From the NCBI GenBank assembly GCA_963820525.1, contig CAWGAA010000002.1, positions 128,001 through 192,000 of the forward strand: 64,000 bases of DNA, in the 5' to 3' direction. Positions within the stretch are counted from its first letter, which is position 1, and the number at the start of each line of letters is the position of its first letter. This document shows positions 19,298-29,027 of the stretch, piece by piece. The notes beneath the pieces are model-generated. The model was not told where the DNA came from. It ran no database searches and saw only the letters and a list, made by a program, of their open reading frames with translations. The position numbers and the translations under genes are program-made. The DNA comes from an uncultured Spirochaetota bacterium (GTDB lineage: Bacteria; Spirochaetota; Spirochaetia; SZUA-6; Fen-1364).

Positions 19298-20896
19298 TTA
19301 GAAATGTTCTGGCTTAATATTACTAAAATAGTCATCTATTGACAAAAGATCGGGAACGATTTTTCCCTTTTGCAGCAATTCTTGAAGCTCGAGAAGCTCG
19401 CGGTCGAACCCCAGAGACGCGGCTCCAACAATGGAGCCGTCACGAGAATAGCCGGCCAGGAAGCTTGCTTTTCGGGGATCTCCCCGAAAGGCTACCCGAT
19501 CGCGCCCGCTGGGAAAACCGACGGCCTTGAGCGAGAGCCCGTGCTGGTCGGTCCAGAAGAAGGGCTGGTCCCCGAATACGGCCGCGGGATCGCCGAGCAT
19601 CGCGCGGGCGGCGATGAGCCCCTGCTTTTCAGCCACTGCCCAGTGCTCCACGCGGCTTCTGGCACCGCTCGCTCCATAGGGCACCGAAGCGATGTCGCCG
19701 GCCGCAAAGATATGGGGGTCTGCGGTTGAAAACCGGCGATCCACGGGGATTCCCTCACGGCCGGCGCCAAGAGCATGTGTACCCCCCCCGCCCCGAAGAA
19801 AATCGAGGGCGGGCTCGATGCCCAGCGCGAAGAGGACGAGATCCGCTTCCCGGGCTGTTCCATCATCGAGGAGGACGCGGCGAGCCCGGGACGCCCCCTC
19901 CACCGCGCTCGGCCTTCTGCCCAGTGCGAAACGAACGCCGCCGTCTTCATGAAGCCGAAGCAGCCGGGCCGCGACGGTTTGTCCGAAAACATGCTCCAGG
20001 GGAAGGCGATCCGAAGCGACCACCCAGACTTCCATGCCTCGCGCGCGAAGGGATGAGGCGGCTTCCATGCCGATAAACCCGGCCCCGACGATCACGGCTC
20101 TCCCCGCCGATTCCGCAGCGCGGCGGAGGGCAAGACCGTCCGCGCGGCTTCGAAGCGCGAAGCATCCGTCCAGGTCCTCGCCGGGGATTCCTGCCCTGCG
20201 GGGAACGCCCCCCGTGGCCAGCAGGAGCATGTCATAGGCGAGCTCGCGGCCATCCGCGCAGGCGACGGTCCGCGCGCGAGGATCCACCCCGACTACCCTG
20301 TGATTTGTGAGAACCTCGATGAGACGGGACTCGTAAAAATCGCGGCTCCTCAAGGACAGGGTGGCGGGAGGCGTCGACCCATCGAGAAGGCCCTTGGAGA
20401 GCGCCGGCCTGTCGCAGGGGAGGTCCTCTTCCGCGGTCAGCACGACCACGCGGCCATCGAAGCCTTCTTTCCGGAGAGCCTCGGCGCACGCGTTTCCCGC
20501 CGCACCTCCCCCAACGATCACAAAGGACCGTTCGGCCTTTGCCGAGCGTCGCGGCCTCGACTCGGAACGCCGGGGCGCGACGGGACGGCCGACAAAGATC
20601 TCGCCGTCGTCGATCTTCACCGAAAAGCAGGCGAGCTCATCGAGGGCGGGTGGGGAGATCATACGTCCCGTTTCGATGGAGAACCTGGCGGCGTGCCTGG
20701 GGCAGATCACCGCGGAGCCGGAGAGGATGCCATCGCTGAGCTTCCCTCCCTGGTGGGGACAACGGTTCGTGCAGACGAAGATCGACTCACCGCGTCGAAC
20801 GACGAGAAACTCCATGCGGCCGATAGAAAGGGACAGGAGCTTGCCGGGCTCCAAGTCTTCCAGCCGCGCGAGCCTTTTCCACTCTTGCTCCGCCAT
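19298..20896 (-). CDS. Rieske domain fused to FAD/NAD(P)-dependent ferredoxin-reductase-like domain
   Basis: CPH...CPRH, GGGAAG, ATGG, GAGFIG, AAGD, EHW, PFFWT. Confidence 0.9.
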   Translation of the reverse strand: MAEQEWKRLARLEDLEPGKLLSLSIGRMEFLVVRRGESIFVCTNRCPHQGGKLSDGILSGSAVICPRHAARFSIETGRMISPPALDELACFSVKIDDGEIFVGRPVAPRRSESRPRRSAKAERSFVIVGGGAAGNACAEALRKEGFDGRVVVLTAEEDLPCDRPALSKGLLDGSTPPATLSLRSRDFYESRLIEVLTNHRVVGVDPRARTVACADGRELAYDMLLLATGGVPRRAGIPGEDLDGCFALRSRADGLALRRAAESAGRAVIVGAGFIGMEAASSLRARGMEVWVVASDRLPLEHVFGQTVAARLLRLHEDGGVRFALGRRPSAVEGASRARRVLLDDGTAREADLVLFALGIEPALDFLRGGGGTHALGAGREGIPVDRRFSTADPHIFAAGDIASVPYGASGARSRVEHWAVAEKQGLIAARAMLGDPAAVFGDQPFFWTDQHGLSLKAVGFPSGRDRVAFRGDPRKASFLAGYSRDGSIVGAASLGFDRELLELQELLQKGKIVPDLLSIDDYFSNIKPEHF

Positions 20897-21039
20897 CACG
20901 GTCCTTCCTTCCCAATAATACAACGGCTGCCCGTTTTGGAGGAGCGCGCCTGCGCTGGCGGAGGAGGCCGTGTGGCGCGGACGGGCCGCGCGGCCCGCCC
21001 TTGCCTCCAACAAGTCCCGGGTGTACCGTAACATTCGCG

Positions 21040-21882
21040 ATGAAAGAGGTATTCTCAAAGATCAAGATCATGCCGATCTCCGAGATCCTTCTCCACGAGG
21101 GTGTTGTTCCGGAATGGATCCAGAAGCTCGGCTCCCACATCGACTATGACGGCATCCTAAAAAACCCGATCATCGTCACCCATTACCAGGGGCGCTGCAT
21201 CGCCCTGGATGGGATGCACCGGGTCTCCGCTTTGAAGGCGCTGGGCTGCCGCGACATCGTTGTCTACGAGGTCGACTACGACGACCCGTCCATCGGCCTT
21301 TTCGGATGGGACGCCATAATCCTGGATTCCTGCTCCCCTTCCGAAATTCTCGCCGAGTTCGCCGCCCGCGAGCATTTGAGCCTCTCCTGTCACGAGGATT
21401 TCTCCCTGGCTGCCGAGAACATCAGAAACCACCGCTCCTGCTTCGGTCTACTCACGCGCGGGGGGGAGGTCTACGAGATGTGCATGAGATCGGACGGCAT
21501 GGGCCTCGATCCGCTCATCCAGTCGCTGAAGGACTTCGAGGCCGAGCTGGACAAGAGGAGGCTCCGCATCATCTACGTTGCGGACGACCAGGCCGAGAAG
21601 ACCTTCCAGCAGCACGAAAACGCCTGGGCTTTGTTCAAGCGCCCCTTTTTCACGAAGGAGGAGGTCGTCGCAAGGACGCTCCAGGGCAAGCCCCTGCCGC
21701 GGAAAAGCACGCGCCACCTGTTCCCGCTTCGCCCGCTCAGGATCGATATCGATTTCATCCTGTTGAAAGAGGACATCGACCTTGAGATCAAGAACCAGCT
21801 CCTCCAAGCCCGGCTCAACTGGTGCCTGGAGAACAACATGGTCCGCTACTATCCCGAGTCGGTCCTGATACTCTCGGATTGA
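21040..21882 (+). CDS. ParB/Srx-fold protein resembling the SbnI/SerK free serine kinases
   Basis: LHE(20), NPIIV, DGMHR..ALKALGC, GKPLPRKSTRH and a C-terminal VRYYPESV. Confidence 0.7.
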   Translation: MKEVFSKIKIMPISEILLHEGVVPEWIQKLGSHIDYDGILKNPIIVTHYQGRCIALDGMHRVSALKALGCRDIVVYEVDYDDPSIGLFGWDAIILDSCSPSEILAEFAAREHLSLSCHEDFSLAAENIRNHRSCFGLLTRGGEVYEMCMRSDGMGLDPLIQSLKDFEAELDKRRLRIIYVADDQAEKTFQQHENAWALFKRPFFTKEEVVARTLQGKPLPRKSTRHLFPLRPLRIDIDFILLKEDIDLEIKNQLLQARLNWCLENNMVRYYPESVLILSD

Positions 21883-22083
21883 TAACGCCGCGCCGACGTT
21901 ACCGTCAGGCTGCCCCTGTTCCGGGGTCGGCGGCCGTTTCCGAGAAACTGTCCGGATTGCCGATAGGGAGAATCTATTGTACAGTCATGGACGCGCGCGG
22001 GAGGGGATAATCGGTCCATGCATGCAGTCTCGAGCGAGGTTCCGGTGGAATGAAAAACTGTGAAGGGCGGGTGAGGGAATATT

Positions 22084-23630
22084 GTGAGATCCATCGCATT
22101 CATGTTCGCAGCTCTCTTTGCTTCGGGTGCCGCGCTCGGGGCCGAGCAGGCCGGCGGGGACACGATCCAGGATCTGTCTGCTCCCCACTACCTGCAAAAG
22201 GCCTGGCGCTATTCCTATGAAGATAAAGATGGTTCCCGAAGGGAGTTCGCCCAACCCGGCTACGACGACGGCGCGTGGCAGTCCGCAGACCTGCCGTACT
22301 CCTCCTTCAAATTCGACAAGAGCCAAAGCCGCTTCGTCTGGTTTCGAAAGAGATTCACCATCTCCAAGGAGCTGGAAGGGAGGCTGATCGGCCTTCACAC
22401 GGGCAAATTCCCCAATGTCGCCCAGGTGTACATCAACGGCGTGATGATCGGCATGGCGGGCAATCTGCCGCCCCACCCCTACGACTCCAACACGAGCGTG
22501 CCCTACAGCTTCTTCATCCCGGACGGCGTGATCAATTACGGCGGGGAAAACCTGGTCGCGTACAAGATGTATTGCGAGTTCTTCTATGCACGCCGCCAAC
22601 GTTCAAAAGGATTCGGAGGAGAAATCGAGCATCCTGATCAAGCAGAGCGAGGCGCTCCGGGCCGTCTTCCAGGATATCAAGGAGATCGGCTCGAAGGTCT
22701 CGGATTCCGCGGACGTGCTTCTCCGGAGCATCTCCGAGGCGACCTCCAGCGTGGAGGAGCTGGTCCACTCCAGCGAGTCGATCCGCATGAGCGTGAAAAG
22801 CCAGGTCTCCACCATGGAGACCAACGGCAGGACCATCTCCCAGATCCTCTCCTCATTCGATAAGACAGCGCGGACTGCGGACGATCAGGCGAAAGTGGTG
22901 GGGGAGAGCACGAGCCTCATCGAGGGGATCATAAAATCCATAACGCAGGTCTACAATTCGTCGCAGAAGACCATGGAGATCTCGGGAGACCTCTCCAAGG
23001 TCGCAGAGAGCGGGAGGCGCGCCGTGACGGAATCTTCCAGCGCCATGGTGGCCATCGAGGAGTCATCCCGAAACGTCAGGGAGATCGTCGCCTCCATCCG
23101 CGACATCGCCGAGCAGACCAACCTGCTCGCCATGAACGCGGCCATCGAGTCGGTGCATGCGGGCCAGTACGGCAGGGGCTTCTCGGTTGTGGCCAAGGAG
23201 GTGAGGCACCTCGCTGAAGATTCCTCCAGAAGCTCGAACAAGATCATGGATCAGATCGAGGAGATGTCCGCCAAGATCGAAAACGGCGCCAAGCTCTTCG
23301 AAAACGTGCAGGCGACACTGCTGAACATCATCGGGGGAATCGGGCATCGACAAGATCACGGGCTCGATTCGTGCGCTGATCGCTGCGGCGGAGGAAGTGA
23401 AGAAGCAGACGGAGGCGCAGCGCCTCGAAAGCGAGAAGATCCGCTCCTCATTGGACGCGCTGATGGCCGTGGCCAGGGAGATCGAGATGGCAACCGACGA
23501 GCAGAGCGCGGGAGGCAGGGATATCATCCGCACGGTGGAGAACATCACGGCCATCTCCGCGCAGAACAAGTCGATCCTGGAAAAGCTCGACGGGCTGATG
23601 CACGTGTTCGAGAAGACCCTGCTGCGATAG
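22084..23630 (+). pseudogene. Disrupted methyl-accepting chemotaxis protein with N-terminal sugar-binding-like domain
   Basis: Signal peptide and WFRKRF/VYING domain (22084 to about 22590); MCP signalling domain QTNLLAMNAAIE...GRGFSVVAKEVR in another frame; C-terminal coiled coil out of frame again after about 23343. Confidence 0.75.
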
Positions 23631-23642
23631 CCCCGCGTCGAG

Positions 23643-24809
23643 CTACCGTGCCCCCCGTTGTCGGGAGCGCAAGGCGCGCGCGATCGGCCACGGGGCGTAC
23701 ATGATGAGAAAAATGACGATGCCCATGAGCTCCAGCCCGATGACGTATCGCGGAGAAGGGCCGAAGAGGTCGGAGAGCAGATCCACAGGAGACCCCGTGG
23801 GAGGCGGGTAGCCGAGCACGAAGTAGTTGCCGGGGTCATACGGGGGGATGAGCCTCAGGAGCATGTCCAGGCCATAGATCGGAATGAGGGCGAGATTCGT
23901 CACCACGAAGGCGCGGAGGAAAGAACGGATCGTTATCCGCACGCGGCCGGCGAGGGCCATGACCATGGTGAGGGCGATGATCAGGCCGTGCGATAGGAAG
24001 AAAGAGAAGTAGCGATAGGCGGGGAAACCGTTTGCCCCGATATCGGGAGAGAGAAGCGCCTGAAGGGCGCCGCCGATTCCCCAGAAGTAGAGGATGTCGA
24101 AAAGGAACTGGCGGGTGCGCTCGTCTTTGGCGAAGTGCATCACCGGAAGGAGCAGGATCGACAACCCGCACATCTGGAACATGAGGGCGGCCGGCGTGGC
24201 CCACCCTCCCACCAGGAACCAGTACAGCTGATAGGCAATCTCGTTCACCCAGATCACAGCAGTGCACAACAGCGCAATGCGGTCATAGAGGCCGGGACGG
24301 CGCGCGAGGAGCCCAAGGCCGATCGCCGCCGCGATGATGAGCCCGATCGGCGCCAGATGCTCGACGCTCCATGACCTGAACTCGCGCGGCTGGGTGCCGG
24401 CGCGAATGTGAACCGCCTTCACGGTTGAAAATGCATAGCCGCCGCTCGACCCGAGCGCAACCGCCTGAAGCGACCACTCGCCGTCTCCCGGGAGCTCGAC
24501 GCGGGTGGACCACGTCGAAAGCGGGAAAAGCGGCTGCCCCCGATAGCGGACCACGTCGCGGTTGGCGGGGAAAGCGATCGGGGCCAGAGCCTGGGCTCCC
24601 TTCGGGGCCGCCATCACCTCGATCCGGTCCACCCCGCCGCGCATCCACGCATCGCCCGACACGACAAACGTCCTGCCGAGGGTGACGGTCCTCTCGGGAG
24701 ACCTGATGCGAACGCCGTCGGGCCGCGAGAGCACGATGATGAACACCGCCTCGGAGCCGAAGACCAGCGTGAAGCCGGCGATGATGAGAAGCCTGTGGAG
24801 CGGCCGCAT
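23643..24809 (-). CDS. YwaF/TIGR02206-like integral membrane protein with N-terminal Ig-like domain
   Basis: FQMCG, LYFWGIGGALQALLSPD, FFLSHGLII, GNYFVL, LFGPSPRY. Confidence 0.8.
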   Translation of the reverse strand: MRPLHRLLIIAGFTLVFGSEAVFIIVLSRPDGVRIRSPERTVTLGRTFVVSGDAWMRGGVDRIEVMAAPKGAQALAPIAFPANRDVVRYRGQPLFPLSTWSTRVELPGDGEWSLQAVALGSSGGYAFSTVKAVHIRAGTQPREFRSWSVEHLAPIGLIIAAAIGLGLLARRPGLYDRIALLCTAVIWVNEIAYQLYWFLVGGWATPAALMFQMCGLSILLLPVMHFAKDERTRQFLFDILYFWGIGGALQALLSPDIGANGFPAYRYFSFFLSHGLIIALTMVMALAGRVRITIRSFLRAFVVTNLALIPIYGLDMLLRLIPPYDPGNYFVLGYPPPTGSPVDLLSDLFGPSPRYVIGLELMGIVIFLIMYAPWPIARALRSRQRGAR

Positions 24810-24884
24810 CGGATCCTCCCGGGGCAGTCGAGCCGCCCCCGCGCCATTATAGCCCAACGTGTCTTGAATGCGCCGGCAATCCCG

Positions 24885-27533
24885 CTAGTCCGCTGCCGCG
24901 CTCACGATGTCGGCAGTCGCCGTCTTCAGGCCGTCGGAAAGTGCAGTGAGCCTGATGGTTCCCGGCCTTCCTGTTTTCGCCCTGACGATCGCGAGCGCCA
25001 GCCCATTGAACGCGTTGCGCTCGGGGGCCTGGAAAGATTGGAAGCTCGTGGCATCGCCGTTGTCTGTTGCTACGATTTCACCGGGACCCTCGATTTCGAA
25101 GTGAAGAGCGTTTTTCGAGCGCGGCACCAGAAGGCCGTTTTCATCGGCCACGGTTGCGGTAACAAAGGACAGGTCCCGGCCGTCGGCGCGGATCCTGCCG
25201 CGGTCGGGCTGCAAAATGATTTGAACGGCGGGCCCGGCGGTCTTGACGACATCCGACGCCCATTTTGCGCCGTTCCTGTATACCACCACCTCGAGCTCAC
25301 CGCTTTGATAGATCACGTCGTCCCAGCGCAGGCGATATTCGAACGGACCTTTTTTCTTCCGCCCGAGCGACGTGCCGTTGAGGAACAGCTCTGCCTCATC
25401 ACCGGAGGTGTAGACGTGGACGGGCGTGACCTGCCCCATGCGTTCCGGCCAGTTCCAATGGGGGAGGATATGCGCCATGGGGAGGTCGGGACGCCAGCGC
25501 GCCTGATAGAGGTAGAATCGGTCTTTCTTGAATCCGGCCAGGTCGACGATTCCGAAGTACGAGTTTCTCGAGGGAACCCGAAGGACGCCTGATTCCTTCA
25601 GATCTTTTTCAGCGCGCGCGCGCTCCGCGGGGTTCGTGAACGCAAGCGGATTCTTCGTGTCTCCAGAGTACGGCGTCGGCTCGCCCAGGTAGTCGAAGCC
25701 CGTCCAGACGAACTCTCCCGCGCAGAATGGAGACTCGTCCTGACCCGTGAACTCCGTGTCCGGAGGCATCGCCCAGGGCGGCGCGTACAGGTCATAGGAG
25801 CTCATCTGGAAATCGGCCATGCCGTCCGCCTTGTCGTCGCTCACGGGGAAGAAGTATTCGCCGCGCGAGCTGACGCAGGATGCGGTCTCGCTGCCGAAGA
25901 TCGGCAGGCCGGGGTTGGCGTGATGCGCCTGGCCGTAGCCCGTCGGGTTGTAGTTGTAGCCGAACACGTCGACGTTCTTCTGGAACCCGTTGAAGGCGGC
26001 GCGGGGATTGTTGCAGGCGGACGTGACCGGGCGCGTCGGGTCTTCCTCATGGGCCATGCGGGAGAGCTCCGCGGCGATGGCGTGACCGGCGGGAGAGCCC
26101 TGCTCCTCGACCTCGTTTCCGATGCTCCACAGGATGATGGAGGGATGATTGCGGTCCCGGCGAAGCTGGGCGCGCCAGTCCTTCTCGTGCCAATCATCGA
26201 AGAGCAGGTGGTAGTCGTTTTGCGTCTTGCCCCGCTTCCAGCAGTCGAAGGATTCATCCATCACGACCATCCCCAGGCGATCGCAGAGGTCGAGCAGCTC
26301 CGGCGCGGGCGGATTGTGGCTCGTGCGGATGGCGTTGCACCCCATGTCCTTGAGGATCAGGATCTGGCGCTCCAGGGCGCGGATATTGACGGCGCTGCCC
26401 AGAGCTCCGAGGTCATGGTGGTCGCAGACCCCGTTCAAACGGACGTGCTCGCCGTTCAGGAAGAATCCTCCGTTGGGATCGAATCTGATGGCGCGGATGC
26501 CGAACGGGGTTTCATAGCTGTCCCCCGGAGATCCGTTCTGCTCGATCGACGTGACGGCGAGATAGAGGCGCGGCTTCTCGAGGCTCCAGAACCGCGGTTT
26601 TTCCACGGCGATCTCCGCTTCGCTTTGCTGCATCTTGCGCGCGGAGACGCGAAGCCCTTCCTTCGTGAACGACGCCGCGAGCCTGCCCTTTCCGCCCTTC
26701 TCGTCCAGCTCGTAGATATCGTGCCTGATGGATACCGCGGCGTCGGCGTCACCGCTGTTTTCCAGGGTGGCCTGGATTCTCACCGTGGCGGAGGATGGGC
26801 CGGCATTCGGCGTCGTGATGTACGTGCCCCAATGGCCCACGTGCACGGAAGGCGTCTTCACCAGCCAGACGTTGCGGTAGATTCCGCCGCCCGGATACCA
26901 GCGCGAGGAGTCGGGAGGATTGTCGAGGCGGATGGCGATGACGTTCTCCCCACCGAATCTGATCCAGGGAGTCATGTCGAGCCGCCACGAAGCGTAGCCG
27001 TAAGGCCAGCCTCCGATGAACGCGCCGTTCAGCCATACCGTCGCGTACGACATCGCGCCGTCGACATCGAGGAAAATGCGACGGCCCTGGTCGGAGGTAG
27101 GTATCGTGAACTGCTTGCGATACCAGGCCACACCCCACCAGGGCAGCTTGCCGGTGCTGCCGGGGTACTCCTGCTTGAACGGCCCTTCGATGCCCCAGTC
27201 GTGCGGAAGATCGAGATGCCGCCAGCCGCTGTCATCGAAACCGGGCATGGCAAAAGAGGGATCGACGCCGCCGGGCTTTCCGTTGGGGCGCGTCCTGCCC
27301 GCCAGCCACCAATTTTTCGTGAACTCGGCTCCCGTGGCGATGACCCAGTCTTTTATCCGCTGATAATCCAGCTTGCCGGCGGCATTGGAGGGATCACCCT
27401 TCGCGAAGCGCCAATCGTCATTGAAGGAGATCCGTTCGCGCGCCGGGCTTTGAGCGGCGGCCGCGCCGGGAAAGAAGGAAGATGCGCAAAGCACCAGGGC
27501 GAAGGCGATGGCGCGAACGGTTCTTTCCGTCAT
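24885..27533 (-). CDS. Secreted GH2 beta-galactosidase-like glycoside hydrolase
   Basis: Signal peptide; LPHDWGIE, SRWYPGGGIYR, NAIRTSHNPP, WSIGNE, GSET, FVWTGFDYLGEP. Confidence 0.93.
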   Translation of the reverse strand: MTERTVRAIAFALVLCASSFFPGAAAAQSPARERISFNDDWRFAKGDPSNAAGKLDYQRIKDWVIATGAEFTKNWWLAGRTRPNGKPGGVDPSFAMPGFDDSGWRHLDLPHDWGIEGPFKQEYPGSTGKLPWWGVAWYRKQFTIPTSDQGRRIFLDVDGAMSYATVWLNGAFIGGWPYGYASWRLDMTPWIRFGGENVIAIRLDNPPDSSRWYPGGGIYRNVWLVKTPSVHVGHWGTYITTPNAGPSSATVRIQATLENSGDADAAVSIRHDIYELDEKGGKGRLAASFTKEGLRVSARKMQQSEAEIAVEKPRFWSLEKPRLYLAVTSIEQNGSPGDSYETPFGIRAIRFDPNGGFFLNGEHVRLNGVCDHHDLGALGSAVNIRALERQILILKDMGCNAIRTSHNPPAPELLDLCDRLGMVVMDESFDCWKRGKTQNDYHLLFDDWHEKDWRAQLRRDRNHPSIILWSIGNEVEEQGSPAGHAIAAELSRMAHEEDPTRPVTSACNNPRAAFNGFQKNVDVFGYNYNPTGYGQAHHANPGLPIFGSETASCVSSRGEYFFPVSDDKADGMADFQMSSYDLYAPPWAMPPDTEFTGQDESPFCAGEFVWTGFDYLGEPTPYSGDTKNPLAFTNPAERARAEKDLKESGVLRVPSRNSYFGIVDLAGFKKDRFYLYQARWRPDLPMAHILPHWNWPERMGQVTPVHVYTSGDEAELFLNGTSLGRKKKGPFEYRLRWDDVIYQSGELEVVVYRNGAKWASDVVKTAGPAVQIILQPDRGRIRADGRDLSFVTATVADENGLLVPRSKNALHFEIEGPGEIVATDNGDATSFQSFQAPERNAFNGLALAIVRAKTGRPGTIRLTALSDGLKTATADIVSAAAD

Positions 27534-27631
27534 GACGGCCCGATTGTAGCGGTTCGCGGGTTGCTTCTCAATAAGGCGGCCTCCGGCCGGGCATAGCCTT
27601 CACCCGCGGCCGGAGGCGAGACTCGTCGATA

Positions 27632-28519
27632 TCAGCCCCTGGCTCCCTTTTTCACGGGGATCCAGACTTCACAGTAGTAATCCGCGGAGCCGGTGTCACC
27701 CATGGAGTAGACTTCGAGCTCCGGCCCGCCCGCGTGCTCGTAGCCCGACGTGGGAAACCAATCCCCGTAGATCCGCTTGATCGTATTTTGAATCGACTTG
27801 GGCAGCGGGCCGCGCGATTCGAAGATTGCCCAGGTTCCCGCTTTTGCCGTCATGTCCACGCAGCCCGCGGGAAGGCGGGAGCGGTCCACGGGAGATTCAA
27901 TAGCTATGAGGTAGGTGAACTCGTGCGTCTTGGGGTCCCAATCTCCCGCGCTGACGCCCATTACCCCGAGCCTGGATCCCCCGGGTATCGACATCTGCAG
28001 TTGCTCGAAGCTCTTGTCCTTCATGATCCGATCCCAGAAGGCCGGGATTGTTTCGAAGCTCTTGTCTCCTTCCGTCGTTGCGCGCAGCGGCAGGCCGGTC
28101 ATCTTTATGGCCTCGTGGTTCTCGATCCTGAAATTCATCGGTGCATCTCCTTTGAGGACAATGGAGAAGGAGAATCGCGGCCAGGTCTTCAGCCGAACCC
28201 CCGGCTCCCTGGCTTCGCTGGGCGTGATGCCGAACTCGCGCTTGAAAGCCCGCGCGAAGGCGTCCGGCGAGTCGTAGCCAAGGCGTATGGCAAGGTCGAT
28301 GACCTTGACCTCCCTCGTGGTGAGCTCCAGGGCGGCCAGGCTCAGCCTCCGCCTCCTTACGTACTCGCCCGCGGAGATCCCGGCGACGACATCGAACATC
28401 CGCAGGAAGTGGAAGGTCGAGCAATTCGCCTCGGCCGCGGCGCTCTCCCACCTCACCTCGTCCTCGAGATGCTCCTCGATATAGTCCAGGGCGGCGTTCA
28501 TCCGCTGTTGCCAGTCCAT
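27632..28519 (-). CDS. AraC-family regulator with GyrI-like effector domain
   Basis: ALDYIEEHL, YVRRRRLS, GYDSPDAFARAFKREFG and a C-terminal EVWIPV. Confidence 0.92.
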   Translation of the reverse strand: MDWQQRMNAALDYIEEHLEDEVRWESAAAEANCSTFHFLRMFDVVAGISAGEYVRRRRLSLAALELTTREVKVIDLAIRLGYDSPDAFARAFKREFGITPSEAREPGVRLKTWPRFSFSIVLKGDAPMNFRIENHEAIKMTGLPLRATTEGDKSFETIPAFWDRIMKDKSFEQLQMSIPGGSRLGVMGVSAGDWDPKTHEFTYLIAIESPVDRSRLPAGCVDMTAKAGTWAIFESRGPLPKSIQNTIKRIYGDWFPTSGYEHAGGPELEVYSMGDTGSADYYCEVWIPVKKGARG

Positions 28520-28749
28520 CACCCCCCCGTTGTCCATGATAATCGCACGCGCGGGCGCGTGTTTCGCAAACCCTGCGGCTGATGCCGCAGGTTCACTCAT
28601 GAATAGTAGCAGGGTTTCATCGCTCCTTGCCCGACTTTTTTTGCCGAGTACGCTCGGGGTTCCCGAGAAACCGGCAGGCTGGCCTGGACCCGAACCGGCC
28701 GGCTCAAATCATGCCCACAGCGGTTCCGCTCGATGACGGGCTGCCCCAT

Positions 28750-28786
28750 AAAAAAAGCCCCGCAGCTCTGTCGCGGGCTGCGGGGC
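28750..28786 (-). terminator. Intrinsic terminator of ppdK
   Basis: GCCCCGCAGC/GCTGCGGGGC stem with a 7-A run on +, giving a U-tail on the - strand. Confidence 0.85.
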
Positions 28787-28808
28787 GTACATTCACAAGG
28801 GTTCGAAC

Positions 28809-29027
28809 CTACTTTTTCTTCCCTTTTACCGCCGGCTTTTTTACGGCGGGCTTCTTGGCCGCGGGCTTCTTCGCGACGGGCTTCCTGGGCGGCGCGGCCT
28901 TCTTGGCCGAGGCGGCCTTGGGCGCCGGCTTCTTGGCCGCGGGTTTCTTCACCGCCGGCTTCTTGGCCGCGGGCTTCTTCACGGCGGCCTTGGCCGCGGG
29001 CTTCGCGGCAGGCTTGGAAGCGGCCAT
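28809..29027 (-). repeat. KKPAA/KKPAV low-complexity repeats (histone H1-like) within the ppdK 3' end
   Basis: Imperfect 15-nt repeats (e.g. GGCTTCTTGGCCGCG on +) encoding KKPAx units. Confidence 0.9.

Noticed and set aside
21040..21882. Chromosome/plasmid partition ParB or a mobile-element marker
   Set aside because: No HTH, parA or parS; motifs fit the SbnI/SerK branch better.
28809..29027. CRISPR-like repeats
   Set aside because: Repeats are adjacent, in frame and lack unique spacers; they are coding low-complexity sequence.
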